A stretch of DNA of 64,000 nt, taken from the NCBI GenBank assembly GCA_050613775.1, contig JBODTK010000114.1, forward strand, positions 434,001-498,000, given 5' to 3'. Source of the stretch: Neocallimastix sp. 'constans' (Eukaryota). Of this stretch, positions 1 through 13,830 are shown piece after piece. Under the pieces are notes generated by a model, which ran no database searches, was not told the origin of the DNA, and saw only the letters and a program-made list of their open reading frames with translations. A program made the position numbers and the translations under genes. Position 1 is the stretch's first letter, and every line of letters begins with the position of its first letter.

Positions 1-369
1 AATAAATAATAAATAATAAATAATAAATAATAAATAATAAATTATAAATAATTAAATAATTGAATAATAAATAATAAATAATAAATAATAAATAATAAAT
101 AATAAATAATAAATAATAAATAATAAATAAAAATAAATAATATAATATATAATAAATAAAGGAATAAATAAATAATAATAAATAATAATATAAATAATAT
201 AAATAATAATATATAATATATAATAATTATTAACATCTTAGAGAGAGAATATAAACTATAAGCTATTAAACATAACTTTATCAAAATAATTATAATTATA
301 AAAATTTATTGTTATCTATTTCCCTTAATTTCCTTTAATTACTTTTTTTTTTTTTTATTTATTAGAAAA

Positions 370-409
<40 letters not shown>

Positions 410-972
410 TAGTTAATAAATATTAACCATATTAAAATCATTAAATTTAGATAAGAAAAAATTACAAAATCAGAAGAAAATATGGTTTTCTCTTTTTTTT
501 TTTCTTTTTTTTTTTTAAAAAAGGATGCGGCATATTTTCCACATAGATTTTTGATAAAGAATTAAGTATTGCTACATTTGATTGGTTTTAAAATATTTTT
601 ATTATAGTTTTAATTTGTTATAATATATATAATTTAAATATTAAAAGTAATATTTGTTCATTTCAATGCGGAAATTCGTATTAATTAAATTTTTTATTTT
701 ATTTATTAATTATAATTAATAATAAGCTGTATTGTATTACTATTAAAAAAGGAAATTAATATATTACAAAAATTCTTAATATTACTAAATATTCCTAATT
801 TTAATTAATTAGCAAATAATTAGCAAATATCACCTTATATAATAAATCAATGTTGTAATTAATAAAATTAAAAAATCTTATTTAACTTTTACCTTTGTAT
901 AAATATCTGTAGTTATCTTCAAATCTTCGTTACATCAATAAAGAAAGATTTTGAAAAATTTTAAATTACAAA

Positions 973-1958
973 ATGTCTCTTAAAGGTAATATAATTTATT
1001 TTATTTTATTTTTATTTTTATTTATTTATTTTTTATAAAGAACATTCATTTTAAATATTTTTTTATTTAAATTTTAAAATAAATTATATTTTTATATTAC
1101 TAAAAATTACAATCATAATTTTGTATGAATTAATAAGTTAAACAAATAAATGTGTATAATAAGAATAGATAGTTTGTAAATATAAAATTATAGTAATATA
1201 TGTATATAAATTTTGATGGATAATGAATATATAATATTTATTTAACTAAATGGGATAATTTAAAAAAAAAAAAATAATAATAATAATAATAATAACAATA
1301 ATAATAGAAAAATAAATAAAAATAAAAATAATGAATAAGTAAATAAATAAATAATATAATATAATAAAAGTATGTGGAGTACTAAATTATATAATAATTG
1401 TATTTATATATATTTATTTTATTCAAATATATCTTATGTATAATTAAAGATTCAAGAAAAATTGTTATCACTTTCTCAAGAGCTGATGAAAACTATCCAG
1501 CTGTCCAACTTGAAGTTGGTAACACTGAAAGATTAGGTGATATAATTATTGGTTATACCCATGCTGATAAGCACCATATTGAACCAGTTAATCCATACCC
1601 AAAAGGCTATAAGGCTTGCTGTGATCAAGCTTTAGAAGAAAAGGAAAATAATGCTAGACCAGAAGTTGCCAATCCATTAGATAATTTAGATAATTATGAT
1701 ACCATTTTCTTTGGTTATCCAATTTGGTGGGGTGAAATCCCAATGCCAGCTTACACTTTTATTGAAAAATTAAATTTTGCTGGTAAAACTGTTATTCCAT
1801 TCTGTACTCATGAAGGTAGTGGTAATGGTGGTACCTTTAAAAAACTTCAAAATATTTTAACTGGTGCTAAGTTCTTAAAGGGCATTGAAATTCAAGGTAA
1901 TAGAGTTGACAATTCTAAGGAAATAGTTGAAAAATGGTTAACTGCTATCGGTTTTTAA
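973..1958 (+). CDS. Flavodoxin (bacterial Flavodoxin_4-like), paralogue 1; exons 973-985, 1450-1958
   Basis: 13-nt first exon ATGTCTCTTAAAG|GT joins AAG|ATTCA in frame, giving MSLKDSRKIVITFSRADENY. Motifs FSRADENY..GNT, YDTIFFGYPIWWG and VIPFCTHEGSG are typical of this flavodoxin family. Confidence 0.9.
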
Positions 1959-2221
1959 GAGGAAAATAAATTTTTTTTTTAAAAAAAAAATTATTTAAAA
2001 TATACAAAAAAAAAAAAAATTGTAATAAAATAAAAAAAAAAAAAATTAAGTAAAAAAAATAAAAAATAAAAAATAAAAAATAAAAAATAAAAAATAAAAA
2101 ATAAAAAAATAAATTTAAAAAATAAATTTAAAAAATAAATTTAAAAAATAAATTTAAAAAAGTAGAAATAAAATAATTGAACTTTATTTATTTAAATACT
2201 ATATATACATATATATACATA

Positions 2222-2255
<34 letters not shown>

Positions 2256-2411
2256 TTTTTGTATATTAAAAGTATATATAAATATATATATATATTTTTT
2301 TTTTCTGTTTAATTTAAAATACCTTTGAAGCAAAGTTTAAATAAATTTGTTTTGTAAATAAATGTATTTTAAGAGTAATAGTGAAAAGTTTATTATGCTA
2401 ATTATTGGAAA

Positions 2412-2740
2412 GGGATGCAGACATTATAGATTTAATTTATAAAAAGGAATGGGATATTTTGTTTAAGAACCAAATCATTTCTGGTGATTATTCAAAAAAC
2501 GCCATTCTTGGTGCGATCTGCGGCTCTCTTTACAGAAATTATGCCTCGGGCTAGTACTCGGCAAGGGTTACTATTCCGAAGGTATAAGCGCAAACTAACC
2601 AGTGGCGTCAATGCTGAAAAATGCAGTAAAGACAGGCTTAGCAGGGCCAATGCCTCTGAAGGAGAAGACCATAATTTCTTTCAGATAGACAATTCAAATC
2701 CTAATCCATAAGAAGGTGAGGTTCGTTGCCTATGAACTTT
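2412..2740 (+). other. GC-elevated island, probably a decayed coding or mobile-element fragment; its first ~67 nt are repeated at 3167-3234
   Basis: Much higher GC than the flanks. Broken frame reads DADIIDLIYKKEWDILFKNQIISGDYSKNAILGAICGSLY; the second copy reads EDADIIELNYKKEWDVLFK. Confidence 0.4.
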
Positions 2741-2859
2741 TTTTTCTGAATTTATTTATACACTTATTTTTGATTATTACTGTTTATTTCACGTTACTAT
2801 ATTTCATTTATTATTATGTTCAAATTGGACAAATAATATTTATTTATTTTATTAATTCT

Positions 2860-2892
<33 letters not shown>

Positions 2893-3361
2893 TTTTTATT
2901 AAAATTAAAAGTATTCATGTATTTTATATAAGAATAAATAAATGAAGAATAAAGTTCGCAATAATTGCGACTATAAAAAAAAAATAATAATTAAAATAAA
3001 AGAAAAAAATAAAAATAAAAAAAAATAAAAAAAATTGTTAAATAAAAAAAATAATATAATTATAAAAAATAGAAATATTATATTTTATAATATAAAGTGT
3101 AAATTCATTTAATGGCTATTATGTATTAGTTATTTTTTTTGTAATTTCTATTAAAATGATTGTAGAGGATGCAGACATTATTGAATTAAATTATAAAAAG
3201 GAATGGGATGTTTTGTTTAAAGAATCAAATCATTAAAGATATTACTTCTTTGTTTTATTTTTTTAGATTGAACTGGTGATCATGCTACTACACATAGTAT
3301 ACATCCCACCGAAATTTTTTTTAACTTTTTAAACTTTTTTTTTTATTCTTTATTACATTAC

Positions 3362-3406
<45 letters not shown>

Positions 3407-3599
3407 ATTAATTAAAATTTGTTTCTTTTTTTTTTTTTTTTTTCTTTTTATTTTACGTAATCTTTTACATAACTTTTTTTTTTTTTTTTTAGACTTACAG
3501 GAAACTTTATTTAATTTATAATAATAATAATAAAATTACATGATTTTAATAAAGAAAAAAAATACATGAAATAAAACATTATATATTATATAATTATAA

Positions 3600-4030
3600 A
3601 AGTGCGTGAGAAGAAGCAAATAGCCTCTAACTTTTTTTTTTTCCCATTCCTCGATGATAAACACCACGTCCATTATTGCGAGTAATAATTTCAGAATTAG
3701 TGTTATCAATCGAATCTGTATTAATTTTTTCACAGGGAGGTGAAAATCCATGCCTTATCATTTCGACGTCGACGCTCTTAGCAACGATAGATTCAATAGA
3801 TTCAACGGAATTACCATTTCATCATCAATCTAAAAAGATCAACAAATTAAAAGGTAATTACGTTTGTTAAAAACTCCGTAATCCCCACAAAATACGGAAC
3901 AGTCGACAAAAGTTGAACTTTGTTTAAAAATATTGACAACTAATTGTCTTTGTTCCCCATCATTAACTTTTTAATTTTTTTCATATATTGAACGCCCACC
4001 AAGAAGATCACTCAATATAAAAAATTATAG
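3600..4030 (-). pseudogene. Decayed ORF remnant of unknown origin
   Basis: Complex GC-elevated sequence. Minus-strand frames read LSDLLGGRSIYEKN*KVNDGEQRQLVVNIFKQ and, after a frameshift, NGNSVESIESIVAKSVDVEMIRHGFSPPCEKINTDSIDNTNSEIITRNNGRGVYHRGMGKK. Confidence 0.35.
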
Positions 4031-4051
4031 TATTACACTTCAACACTTCAT

Positions 4052-4663
<612 letters not shown>

Positions 4664-5448
4664 TTTTTAGATATTATATAAATAAAAATAAAAGTAAAAA
4701 AATAAAAATAAAAATAAAAATAGAAATTTCTTAATTAATTTATTTGTTTAAATTTTTTTATAAATTTTTTATTTTTTCATTTTTTTTTTATTTTTTCATT
4801 TTTTTTTTATTTTTATTTTTTTTTTTTTTTTTTTTTTTTTATTTTTATTTCTTTTAAATAAATCAGAAACTAAATAAATCCTAGAATTTATTTTGTTAAT
4901 TTGCCTATTTATATATATATATAATTTTTAAAATAATTATATATATATATCTACATACTTTATATTTATATCCTATCATTGATTATGATTGATTTAAAAA
5001 TATAAATGATATATATATATATTTTGTAATATTATAACATTTTTTAAATATTTAACTTTTTATATATATATATTATATTATTTTTATTTTTATTTTTATA
5101 TATGATACTTCTTATAATTAAACTCTATTTTATTTTCATATATTATACAAAATTTTTTTTTTTTTAAAATAAAAAATTTTTTTTATTGATCTATATGATG
5201 TAAATATATAAGATGTAAATATAAAATATATGTAAATATATATCTATATCTATATATTTATATTTATTTTATTTCTCATTAAATTATTTTTTTTTTCTTT
5301 TTCTTACTATTATTTTTGAAAAAAAAAAGTTTGGAATAAATATTTTATTATATTTTATTTTCCTTTTTTTTTTTTTTTCTTTTGTATTAATTCATTTTAT
5401 TATAATCATAAAACTATTTAATATTGTTTTTTTTTTTTTTTTTTAATA

Positions 5449-6040
5449 TTAAATAATAAAAATGACTGACAGGAAAGCAATTAAATAGTAAATATAATAA
5501 AATTTTACTTTAGAGGCAGCAGCAGATACTTTTTGAAGATCATTACCATCTTCATATTTAATGATACCACATTTGACTTCATTAATTAAGCAAGAATTTT
5601 GATTTTCCCAACCAAAGGGTTCACCATAGGAAGTATAATCTGTTGGGGTACAACCACTACACCATGGATGTGGGGACGAATTAAAATTACAACGAGAACC
5701 GAGAACTCTACATTTTTCACCATTTTCTGTATTCCAAGCAACTAAGGAATTATCTATCGAAGTATATTTACAGGTATTACAGATTAATGTACCATCAGAA
5801 CCTCTTAACGGTGGTGTTGTAGTTTTTGTTGCTTCTTTTGCATTATAATTACATAATATATTATCAATTTGACATGACTGGTAGAAAAAATTGTAAAAAA
5901 AAAAAAAATATTTGAAAAAAAAAAATAAAAAATAAATAAATAAATAAATAAGTTTTTTAAGTTTGTTAATATATAATTTTATTAATTATTCATATTTCAT
6001 TCTAATATTTTATCATATTATATATATATAATTTTTTTTT

Positions 6041-6085
<45 letters not shown>

Positions 6086-7060
6086 ACATAATTATCTTCC
6101 CAACCCCAGTAGGAGCCATCTTCACCAATATCCGTGATGGTACAACCATTACAGACTAAATAATCACTACTGTTCTTTTTATGATTGGCTTCAGCAATTT
6201 TTTTATTTTTTTCTACATCAACTTCTGGAGCTTTAATATTACACTTTTCATAATCAATTAAACATGACTAAAAAAAAAAAAAAAAAAATAAAATAAAATA
6301 AAATAAAATTTTTTTATATATAATATAATTATAATATTGTAATATCATGTTAGTGTATAGTTTTCAGTATTATAAAATAATTACAACTTCATATAATTTA
6401 AACATATATATATAATTGAATATAATGTTTTATTTTAGAGGGTAAAAATTTTTTTTAATATACTTTTTTTTTTTTTTAAGTAAATACTTTTAACCCTTCC
6501 ATTTATTTACAAAAAAAATAAAATATAAAATATAAAAAATAAAAATAAAATGTATATATTAAAAAAAAAAAAAAATAAAAAAATAAAAATAAAAATAAAA
6601 TATATATATTTTTATCAGAAAAAAAAAAAAAAAAAAAAAAAAAAATTACCTTTTCATTTTCCCAACCCCATAAAGATTCTTGACCACCAGTGGCAGTAAC
6701 TTCACAACCATTACAAATTAAAGTACCATTAACATAAGTACTTGAAGTTGTAGCTGGTTTTGTTGTTTTTGTTGTTTTTGTTTTTGTTATTTTTGTTGTT
6801 GTTGTTGTCTTTTTTTTGGTATCTTTTTTTTTTTTATTTACAATAGTGGATTTTGATATGGCTATTACTTTTCGAGAAGTTTTAGCTTCGTCAACACATT
6901 TGGACGAAAGTTTACAATAATCACCATTTTCTCTTCCCCAAAGTGAACCATCTTTTCCAGTGGAATAAACGACACAATCTGAACATACTGGAGTAGTACC
7001 TTTAGTACTACTTATTAATAATGAAAATGAAAGTAATAAAACTTCAATTATATATTTCAT
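5449..7060 (-). CDS. Secreted protein of five fungal dockerin/CBM10-like repeats with a C-terminal GPI-like or membrane anchor (339 aa); exons 7060-6650, 6267-6088, 5877-5449
   Basis: Signal peptide MKYIIEVLLLSFSLLISSTKG. Five CxxC...(W/F)(G/N)xE(N/D)...C...C modules (WGREN, WGWEN, WGWED, WNTEN, FGWEN). Thr/Lys linker after module 1. Ends in SAAASKVKFYYIYYLIAFLSVIFII*. Exon lengths sum to 1020 nt. Confidence 0.82.
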
Positions 7061-7167
7061 TTTTTTTTTTTTTTTTAGTAACTTACACTTTTTTTTTTTT
7101 TTTTTTTTACTGTATTAATATTTTTGACAGGTAAATTTGAAAAGTATATGAATTAAACTATTATTTA

Positions 7168-7204
<37 letters not shown>

Positions 7205-7439
7205 TTTATTTTTGTTTCTTATGATAGTTAAGAGTATTTACTTTTAACTCTTTTTTAATAATATGGACACATTTAATTATTTTTAATTATTTTTTTTTAA
7301 ATAAAAATTATAAAAATTTTATTTAATATAATAATATTAAATGAATTTCAAACTTTTATTTTTATATTTTTAAATATTTTTTTTTTAAATATATATATAT
7401 ATATATTTATTTAAATATTTAAATATGTATTAATTTTTC

Positions 7440-7472
<33 letters not shown>

Positions 7473-7585
7473 TTTTTATTTTATTTGGAAAATTTTTTTT
7501 CTTTTATATTTCTATATAATTGGGACACTTCCAAAATTGTAAAAAATTTACTTTATAAATAATCTTAAAAGAATAATAATAATAA

Positions 7586-7625
<40 letters not shown>

Positions 7626-9261
7626 TTAACAATCAATATATGAAAAAAAAAAATTATAAATTTCATATAAATTATTTACAAAATAAATTATTTTTAAAAC
7701 AATTATATTAGGATTTAAATTCATTATCAAAACTTTTTTTATATATGTTTTTTTTTTTTTTTTTATACTTTTATCAATAAATAATTATTATTTAAAATTT
7801 AATATATACATAAAAAAAGGTTAATAGTTATAAAATATTTAATATAAATCCCATTAGAAAAAATAATAATAATAATAAAATATTTTAAATAAAAAAAAAA
7901 TATATTCCATTGAGAAATTCATTATTTTCCATAAAAGCATAAATGATAAAACTTTATATGAATTTATTTATTTATTAATTATTTATTTATTCATATAAAA
8001 ATATTTATTAACAATTTTTTTTTTTTTTTTTTTTTAAATAATTTTAAATACTAATATTGTTAAAAAGAAAAGAAGAAATTTTATATTAAAAATATTAATT
8101 ATTATTGTATAACAAGATTAAATTAAATATAACAAATTTATAAATTAAATTTTTTAGATTAAATTTTTTATTTTTTATTAATTTAATACTTTTATTTTTG
8201 TGTTAAAATCATATTTATATTTATTAAAGTTTTATAAGAAAAAAAATTTTTCCAGATAAATAAAGACATAATTAAATTAATAAATAAATAAATAGATGGA
8301 TATAAAATTTTAATATATAAATTAATTATAAACAACTATAATTATATTAATTATATAAATAAATAATATATTTTTTATAATATAAATTATAAATAATTAT
8401 AAATATATTAATTTTTATAAATAATTATATAATTAAATAATATATATATATATTTTTTTTAAACAAAGATATTATTTATGAAAAAATTCTATTTAACAAA
8501 CTTTAAAATTTATTGAATTTTCACTTTAAATTATATTTTAATTTCCTAAAGAATAATTAATAAGGTTTTATTAATAATAAAAAATAATAAAAATAATAAT
8601 AATAAATAATAAACTTTAGAAAAAATTATAGAAAAAATTATATTTAATATAAAATTTTTATTAAATATAATAATTAAAAAAAAATTGTATTAATAAAGGT
8701 TATATAATATTATTTATCTATTGATATGATAAAATAAATATTACTACTTAATATATTTAAGATAATATTTTATTTTATTATAATTTTTTAATAAATATAC
8801 ATCTTATTTGGTTACTTAATATTGGTTATTTATGATTATGTCATAATGATTGTAATAAATATCAAAACTTTATTAAAAATAATTCATTCATTTAACGAAT
8901 AATGCTAATTAATATAAGCAAATAAAGCAAATAAATAAAATAAATTAGAACAATGATTAATTAAATTTTAATTTAATACCTCATGTAAAACAAAATAATA
9001 AAATAAAAATGAAATTATTAAATAAAATTAATATATATTGTTATAATATGTAATAAATAAATATACATTAAAAATGCATCTTATTCACACAATTTATATA
9101 AGAAAAAAAAAAAAAAAGCATTATAATACAGAAACAATGATAATTAATTTAATGTCATAATTACTAATAATTAAATTATGGATAAAAAAGAATGTGTTCT
9201 ATATAGTTGTGTATTACAAATTGTAAATTGTTAACATAAATATAAAATAATATAGAATAAG

Positions 9262-9298
<37 letters not shown>

Positions 9299-9892
9299 AA
9301 TTATTATTATTATTACTATAATTATTATTATTATTACTATAATTATTATTATTATTATTATTATTTTTATAATTATAATTATTATTATTATTATTTTTAT
9401 AATTATAATTATTATTATTATTATTATTATTATTGTAATTATAAATTATTATTGTTATTATTATTAATTTTTTTTATAATTATAATAATTATTATTGTTA
9501 TTATTATAATTTATAATTATTTTTTTATTTTATATTTCTATTTATCATCATTTTATCATTTTATTCATAATTATTATTGTTGTTTATTTTATAAATATTA
9601 TTATAATAATAAATATAATGTTAATCATGGCTTATACACTCATATAATATTATTATCATTAAAAATATTGCTTTTATTTTATTTTTTTATTATATAAATA
9701 TTATTATTATAATACAATGATAATCTATGATTATATACTCATATAATATTATTATCATTTAGAATATCTATATTGCTTTTATTTTATTTTTTTTATTTTT
9801 TTTTTATTTTTTTTTTATTTTTTTTTATTTTTCATATTATATTTAAAATAGCGAAAAAAAGCATTCATGATAATTTTTATTCATTAAAGTTC

Positions 9893-10342
9893 ATACACAT
9901 AGGATTTTACTAAATAAATAAAGTTGGTTGTTCGATTCACCATGGTAAGGTATTCCTGTTGCTAGACTATATAATTGGTAATTGCTAGTGAAGAAAGCAC
10001 TTGATCTTTGATCTGTGAGAGGATTAATGTAGTTGTTCCTCTTCCTCGATGATGATGATGATGGTTGGGAGAAAATCATTGATAGGTATGCCCCGTTTCT
10101 ACCCATCATATATATATAAAGCTTAACATAATAGGAAATGATCTTTTTCATATTAGCCTTGCTTAGGTAGAGAGTAGAGGGTAGAGGTCTGTGTCAACGC
10201 CCCCCCCCCCCCAAAAAAAAAAAAAAGGATTGGCAAGCAAAGCATTCATTGAGAGCGTTTTGATTTTACGTTTTAAGGGAGACACACTAGAAGTCCCTAT
10301 TGTATTGTTCTTTCCCTTTCCTTTCTTTCATTAATCCCAGTC
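9893..10342 (-). repeat. Degenerate copy of the GC-richer element at 62807-63231, in inverted orientation
   Basis: Its reverse complement shares ordered blocks with the 62.8 kb copy: GACTTCTAGT, CTCCCTTAA, AAGCAAGGCTAATATG, CCATCATCG, AAGAGGAAC, TAATCCTCTCA, GATCAAGTGCTT, AATTATATAGTCTAG, CGAACAACCAACTT. Confidence 0.88.
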
Positions 10343-11076
10343 TAAAAAAAAAAAAAAAATTATTTATTAAAGTTAAACATTGTTTATAATTATTTATAAT
10401 TATGATTATTATTTATATTATTGTAAATATTATTATTACTGTAAAAAAAATCTAATATTTATTTAGTAATTTATTTATTTTTTTTTTTACCATTATAAAT
10501 ATTATTATTACTATAAAAAATCTAATATTTATTTATTTATTTATTTACCATAATTATCATAGTAAAAAAAAAAATATTATGATTAATTTTTATATTAAAC
10601 TAAAAGTTCCCAACAATTAATTAGAATATTATAATAATTTTAACTATTATCTAAAAAAAGTTTTATTATAAAAGCTTTTTAGAAAAAATTATTTTTAATT
10701 TAAATATTTCTTGTGTTACCTCTATTTTCAAAAAAAAAAAAAAAAAAAACTATTGTTATTTATTTACAATTATGGATTATTATCTATAATTAATATTTTA
10801 TTTATGTATTGTTATGATAATAATATAATTATTATTATGTATTGTTAATGATATAAAAAAATGAAAATAAAAACTTTAATAATTAATAAATTATTTTATT
10901 AATAATTACATAAAAATAAATTAATAAATCATTAAATTATCAAATGATTAATGATCACTGATTTAAAGTGTGATTTAATGGAATATAATATAAAATACAT
11001 TGATATAATATCATAAATTCTATGCAAACACATAAAGTTTAATGTAATCATATAATATTTATAACTTAAATTTTAT

Positions 11077-11858
11077 GGAGTGTGAGACATTTAGGCGAAA
11101 AATTTCATTTCAGAAAAGTTCTATTTTGGCAAAATTTTTTTTTTAAATAATAATAAAAAAAAAAAAAAAAAAAAATAAAAAAATAAATAGTATATATATA
11201 ATTTAAATAAATCAATAAATCAATAAATAATAAAAAATAAATAAACCTCTAATAAATAAAATATATTTAAAAAATAATAAATATATATATATAATAATAA
11301 ATATACATTAGAATTTAATCATTAAGAAAATTAAAATATTTTTATCATGCATTTTTAATAGTTTTATGATTTTTTTTCAAAATATATATAATTGATAATA
11401 AATAATTATATATATATATTTAAATAAATTTTAATAATTTAAAAGATGTAAAAAGGATAATAATTTAAGATATAATTATTAAAATTAAAAAATAATATTT
11501 AAATAATGAATTGATCATTTTTACACCTTTTTAAATTCTTAGGCAGTATTTTACAAAATTTTATATAAATAAGAATAATAAAATAAAAAAATAATCTATT
11601 TAATTATTTATTATTGTTAAATTTTTTTTTTTTTTTTTTTTTTTAATTTTCTTTAAATTTTTTTAATTTTCTTAAATATTATTAATAAATTGATTATTTA
11701 TTTATTTATTTTATTATTTATTTTATCTATTTATTAAAATTTTGTTGAAAATGTACCCTTTCGAAATAAAATTTTAATGAAAATGTACCCTTTCGAAATA
11801 AAATTTTAATGAAAATGTACCCTTTCGAAATAAAATTTTCGGAAATGTACTTTCCCCC
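11077..11858. mobile_element. Putative non-autonomous DNA transposon (MITE/MULE-like) with degenerate terminal inverted repeats
   Basis: Left end GGAGTGTGAGACATTTAGGCGAAAAATTTCATTTCAGAAAAGTTCTATTTTGGCAAAATTTT resembles the reverse complement of the right end (GGGGAAAGTACATTTCCGAAAATTTTATTTCGAAAGGGTACATTTT). Interior is AT-rich and non-coding. Confidence 0.5.
11746..11851. repeat. Tandem repeat, 32-bp unit TGAAAATGTACCCTTTCGAAATAAAATTTTAA, about 3.3 copies
   Basis: Directly visible head-to-tail copies without spacers. Confidence 0.93.
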
Positions 11859-12249
11859 ATATGAAATAATTCATAAATTTATTAGGTTTTATTTTATTTC
11901 AATTATTTTATTTTATTTTATTTTATTTTATTATATTTTATTATATTTTTTTTATATAATTATATATATATATATATTTTTTTTATAATGACAATTATTA
12001 TAAATCTTTTTATTGCTTATATTATATTTTTTTTTATAATATTTAACTAAATAATCAATGCTTATTATTTTTAAAAGTAATTAAATATTTTTTTTATAAT
12101 ATTAAACTAAATAATCAATGCTTATTATTTTTAAAAGTAATTTATCATTAAAGAGTATTCTATAAAGACTACTTTTTTTTTTTCTCTCTTTATATTTATT
12201 CTTTTAACTTTATGAATAAAAAAAAAAAAGATTCACAAAAATACGCCAC

Positions 12250-12295
12250 ATTGCGAAATGCACGATTGAGAAATACACAATTGTGAAACGCACTA
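12250..12295. repeat. Degenerate 15-bp tandem repeat (ATTGNGAAAYRCAC core), 3 copies
   Basis: ATTGCGAAATGCAC-G-ATTGAGAAATACAC-A-ATTGTGAAACGCAC. Confidence 0.65.
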
Positions 12296-12690
12296 GATTC
12301 TAAATAAATTAATAAACTCTATTTTTCTGTCTCCCTAAAAGAGCTACAACGAACCGAGTTTTATCAATAATTTATTTTATAATTATTATTATTATTTATT
12401 GTTATTATTATAAATTTTTAATTATTTTTATTATTTGTAGGTATAATATATGGCATAATTATTCAAAATTATTATTAATATAATTTATATTATATTTAAA
12501 AAATTATATTATTGCAAATATTATTATAATGTAAATTAATGTTTATATACTTTTTATAAAAATATTATTATTATTAAAATACATTATGTATATGTATTAA
12601 AGATTAATATGTACATATATTAAGTGGATATAATTGCATAATATAGAATTTTCAAAAGTAGTTCATCTTAAAATATAATTTATATTTTTA

Positions 12691-12723
<33 letters not shown>

Positions 12724-13241
12724 TTAAATTTTTGATGATGATACATATATGATATAAAATTATATAATGTAAAATGTATATATAAATTATATGTAATTTG
12801 GATAATAATTCAATTTTTTATTAAGGGATTTTAATCCGCTAAAAAAGGTCTATTAAAACAGTAATTGACAATTAAGTACATCTATTTATAGTTTAATATA
12901 TATATAAAAAAATTCAAAATTCAAAATTAATTCAATATGGAAACAAATGATAAATCTTTTATAATTTTTAAACATTTTTAATAATTTTCAGTAATTTTAA
13001 TAAAATATATATATATAAAAGGAATGAAATAAAATAAAAAATAAAAATAAAAAATACATGATATATATAAATAAATATAATTTATATATATTAATACTAA
13101 AAATACTAAAAAAAAAATTAAAAAAATAAGAATAAAAAAGGAATAATAAAATATATAATCCTATTTTTTTTTTTTATTTTTATTTATTTTTTGTTTTATT
13201 TTATTTTGTTTTGTTTTTGTTTGCTTTATTAGTAAAGACTA

Positions 13242-13289
<48 letters not shown>

Positions 13290-13294
<5 letters not shown>

Positions 13295-13830
13295 TAACTT
13301 TAATTGCTAAGTTATCATCTATAATATCAATATTAACATTTAAAATTTCTAAATTTTTTATTAATGTAAAATATTCATTAATATTATAGAATTAACAATA
13401 ATTTCATTGATAGATTCTTTTATAAATTTAAATGATTTAGGAATAAAACTTTTTATTTTTTTTTTACTATAATTATCAAAATAAGAATTAGGAGGAATTA
13501 AAGTTATAGAATTATCAATAATATCTACTTTAGCTTTTCCAAAAATAAATTACATTGTTATTTTTTTTTCCCAATATCTTCTTAAGTTTATTAAAACATT
13601 CTCTAAATTCAATTTTGTATTGATAAATAGCATTAGAGTCAAAATACAAGGTATTTTCATCTATATAATCAATAATTTCATTAAAAGATACATATAATAT
13701 TCTACCAGCTAATATATATACATATTATTTAAGGATAAATTAACCTTAGGATACACTATAATTTTTATTTTCTTTATTGTTATGTATAATTTTATCCAAA
13801 ACATTAATGTCATTGCCTTCATCTTTGAGA
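13290..13830 (-). pseudogene. Intronless decayed ORF, probably part of the viral/Polinton-like insert
   Basis: Broken minus-strand frames (PKVNLSLNNVYILAGRILYVSFNEIIDYIDENTLYFDSNAIYQYKIEFRECF; GKAKVDIIDNSITLIPPNSYFDNY) in homopolymer-poor sequence unlike host intergenic DNA. Confidence 0.45.

Noticed and set aside
2511..2740. GTGCG start suggesting a group II intron, or another known ncRNA
   Set aside because: No domain V-like hairpin or other conserved core was recognised.
9891..10151. 86-aa ORF as a gene
   Set aside because: It lies inside the degenerate repeat copy, and the frame is not preserved in the homologous 62.8 kb copy.
11746..11851. 32-bp repeats as a CRISPR array
   Set aside because: Copies are head-to-tail with no spacers, no cas genes are present, and the context is eukaryotic.
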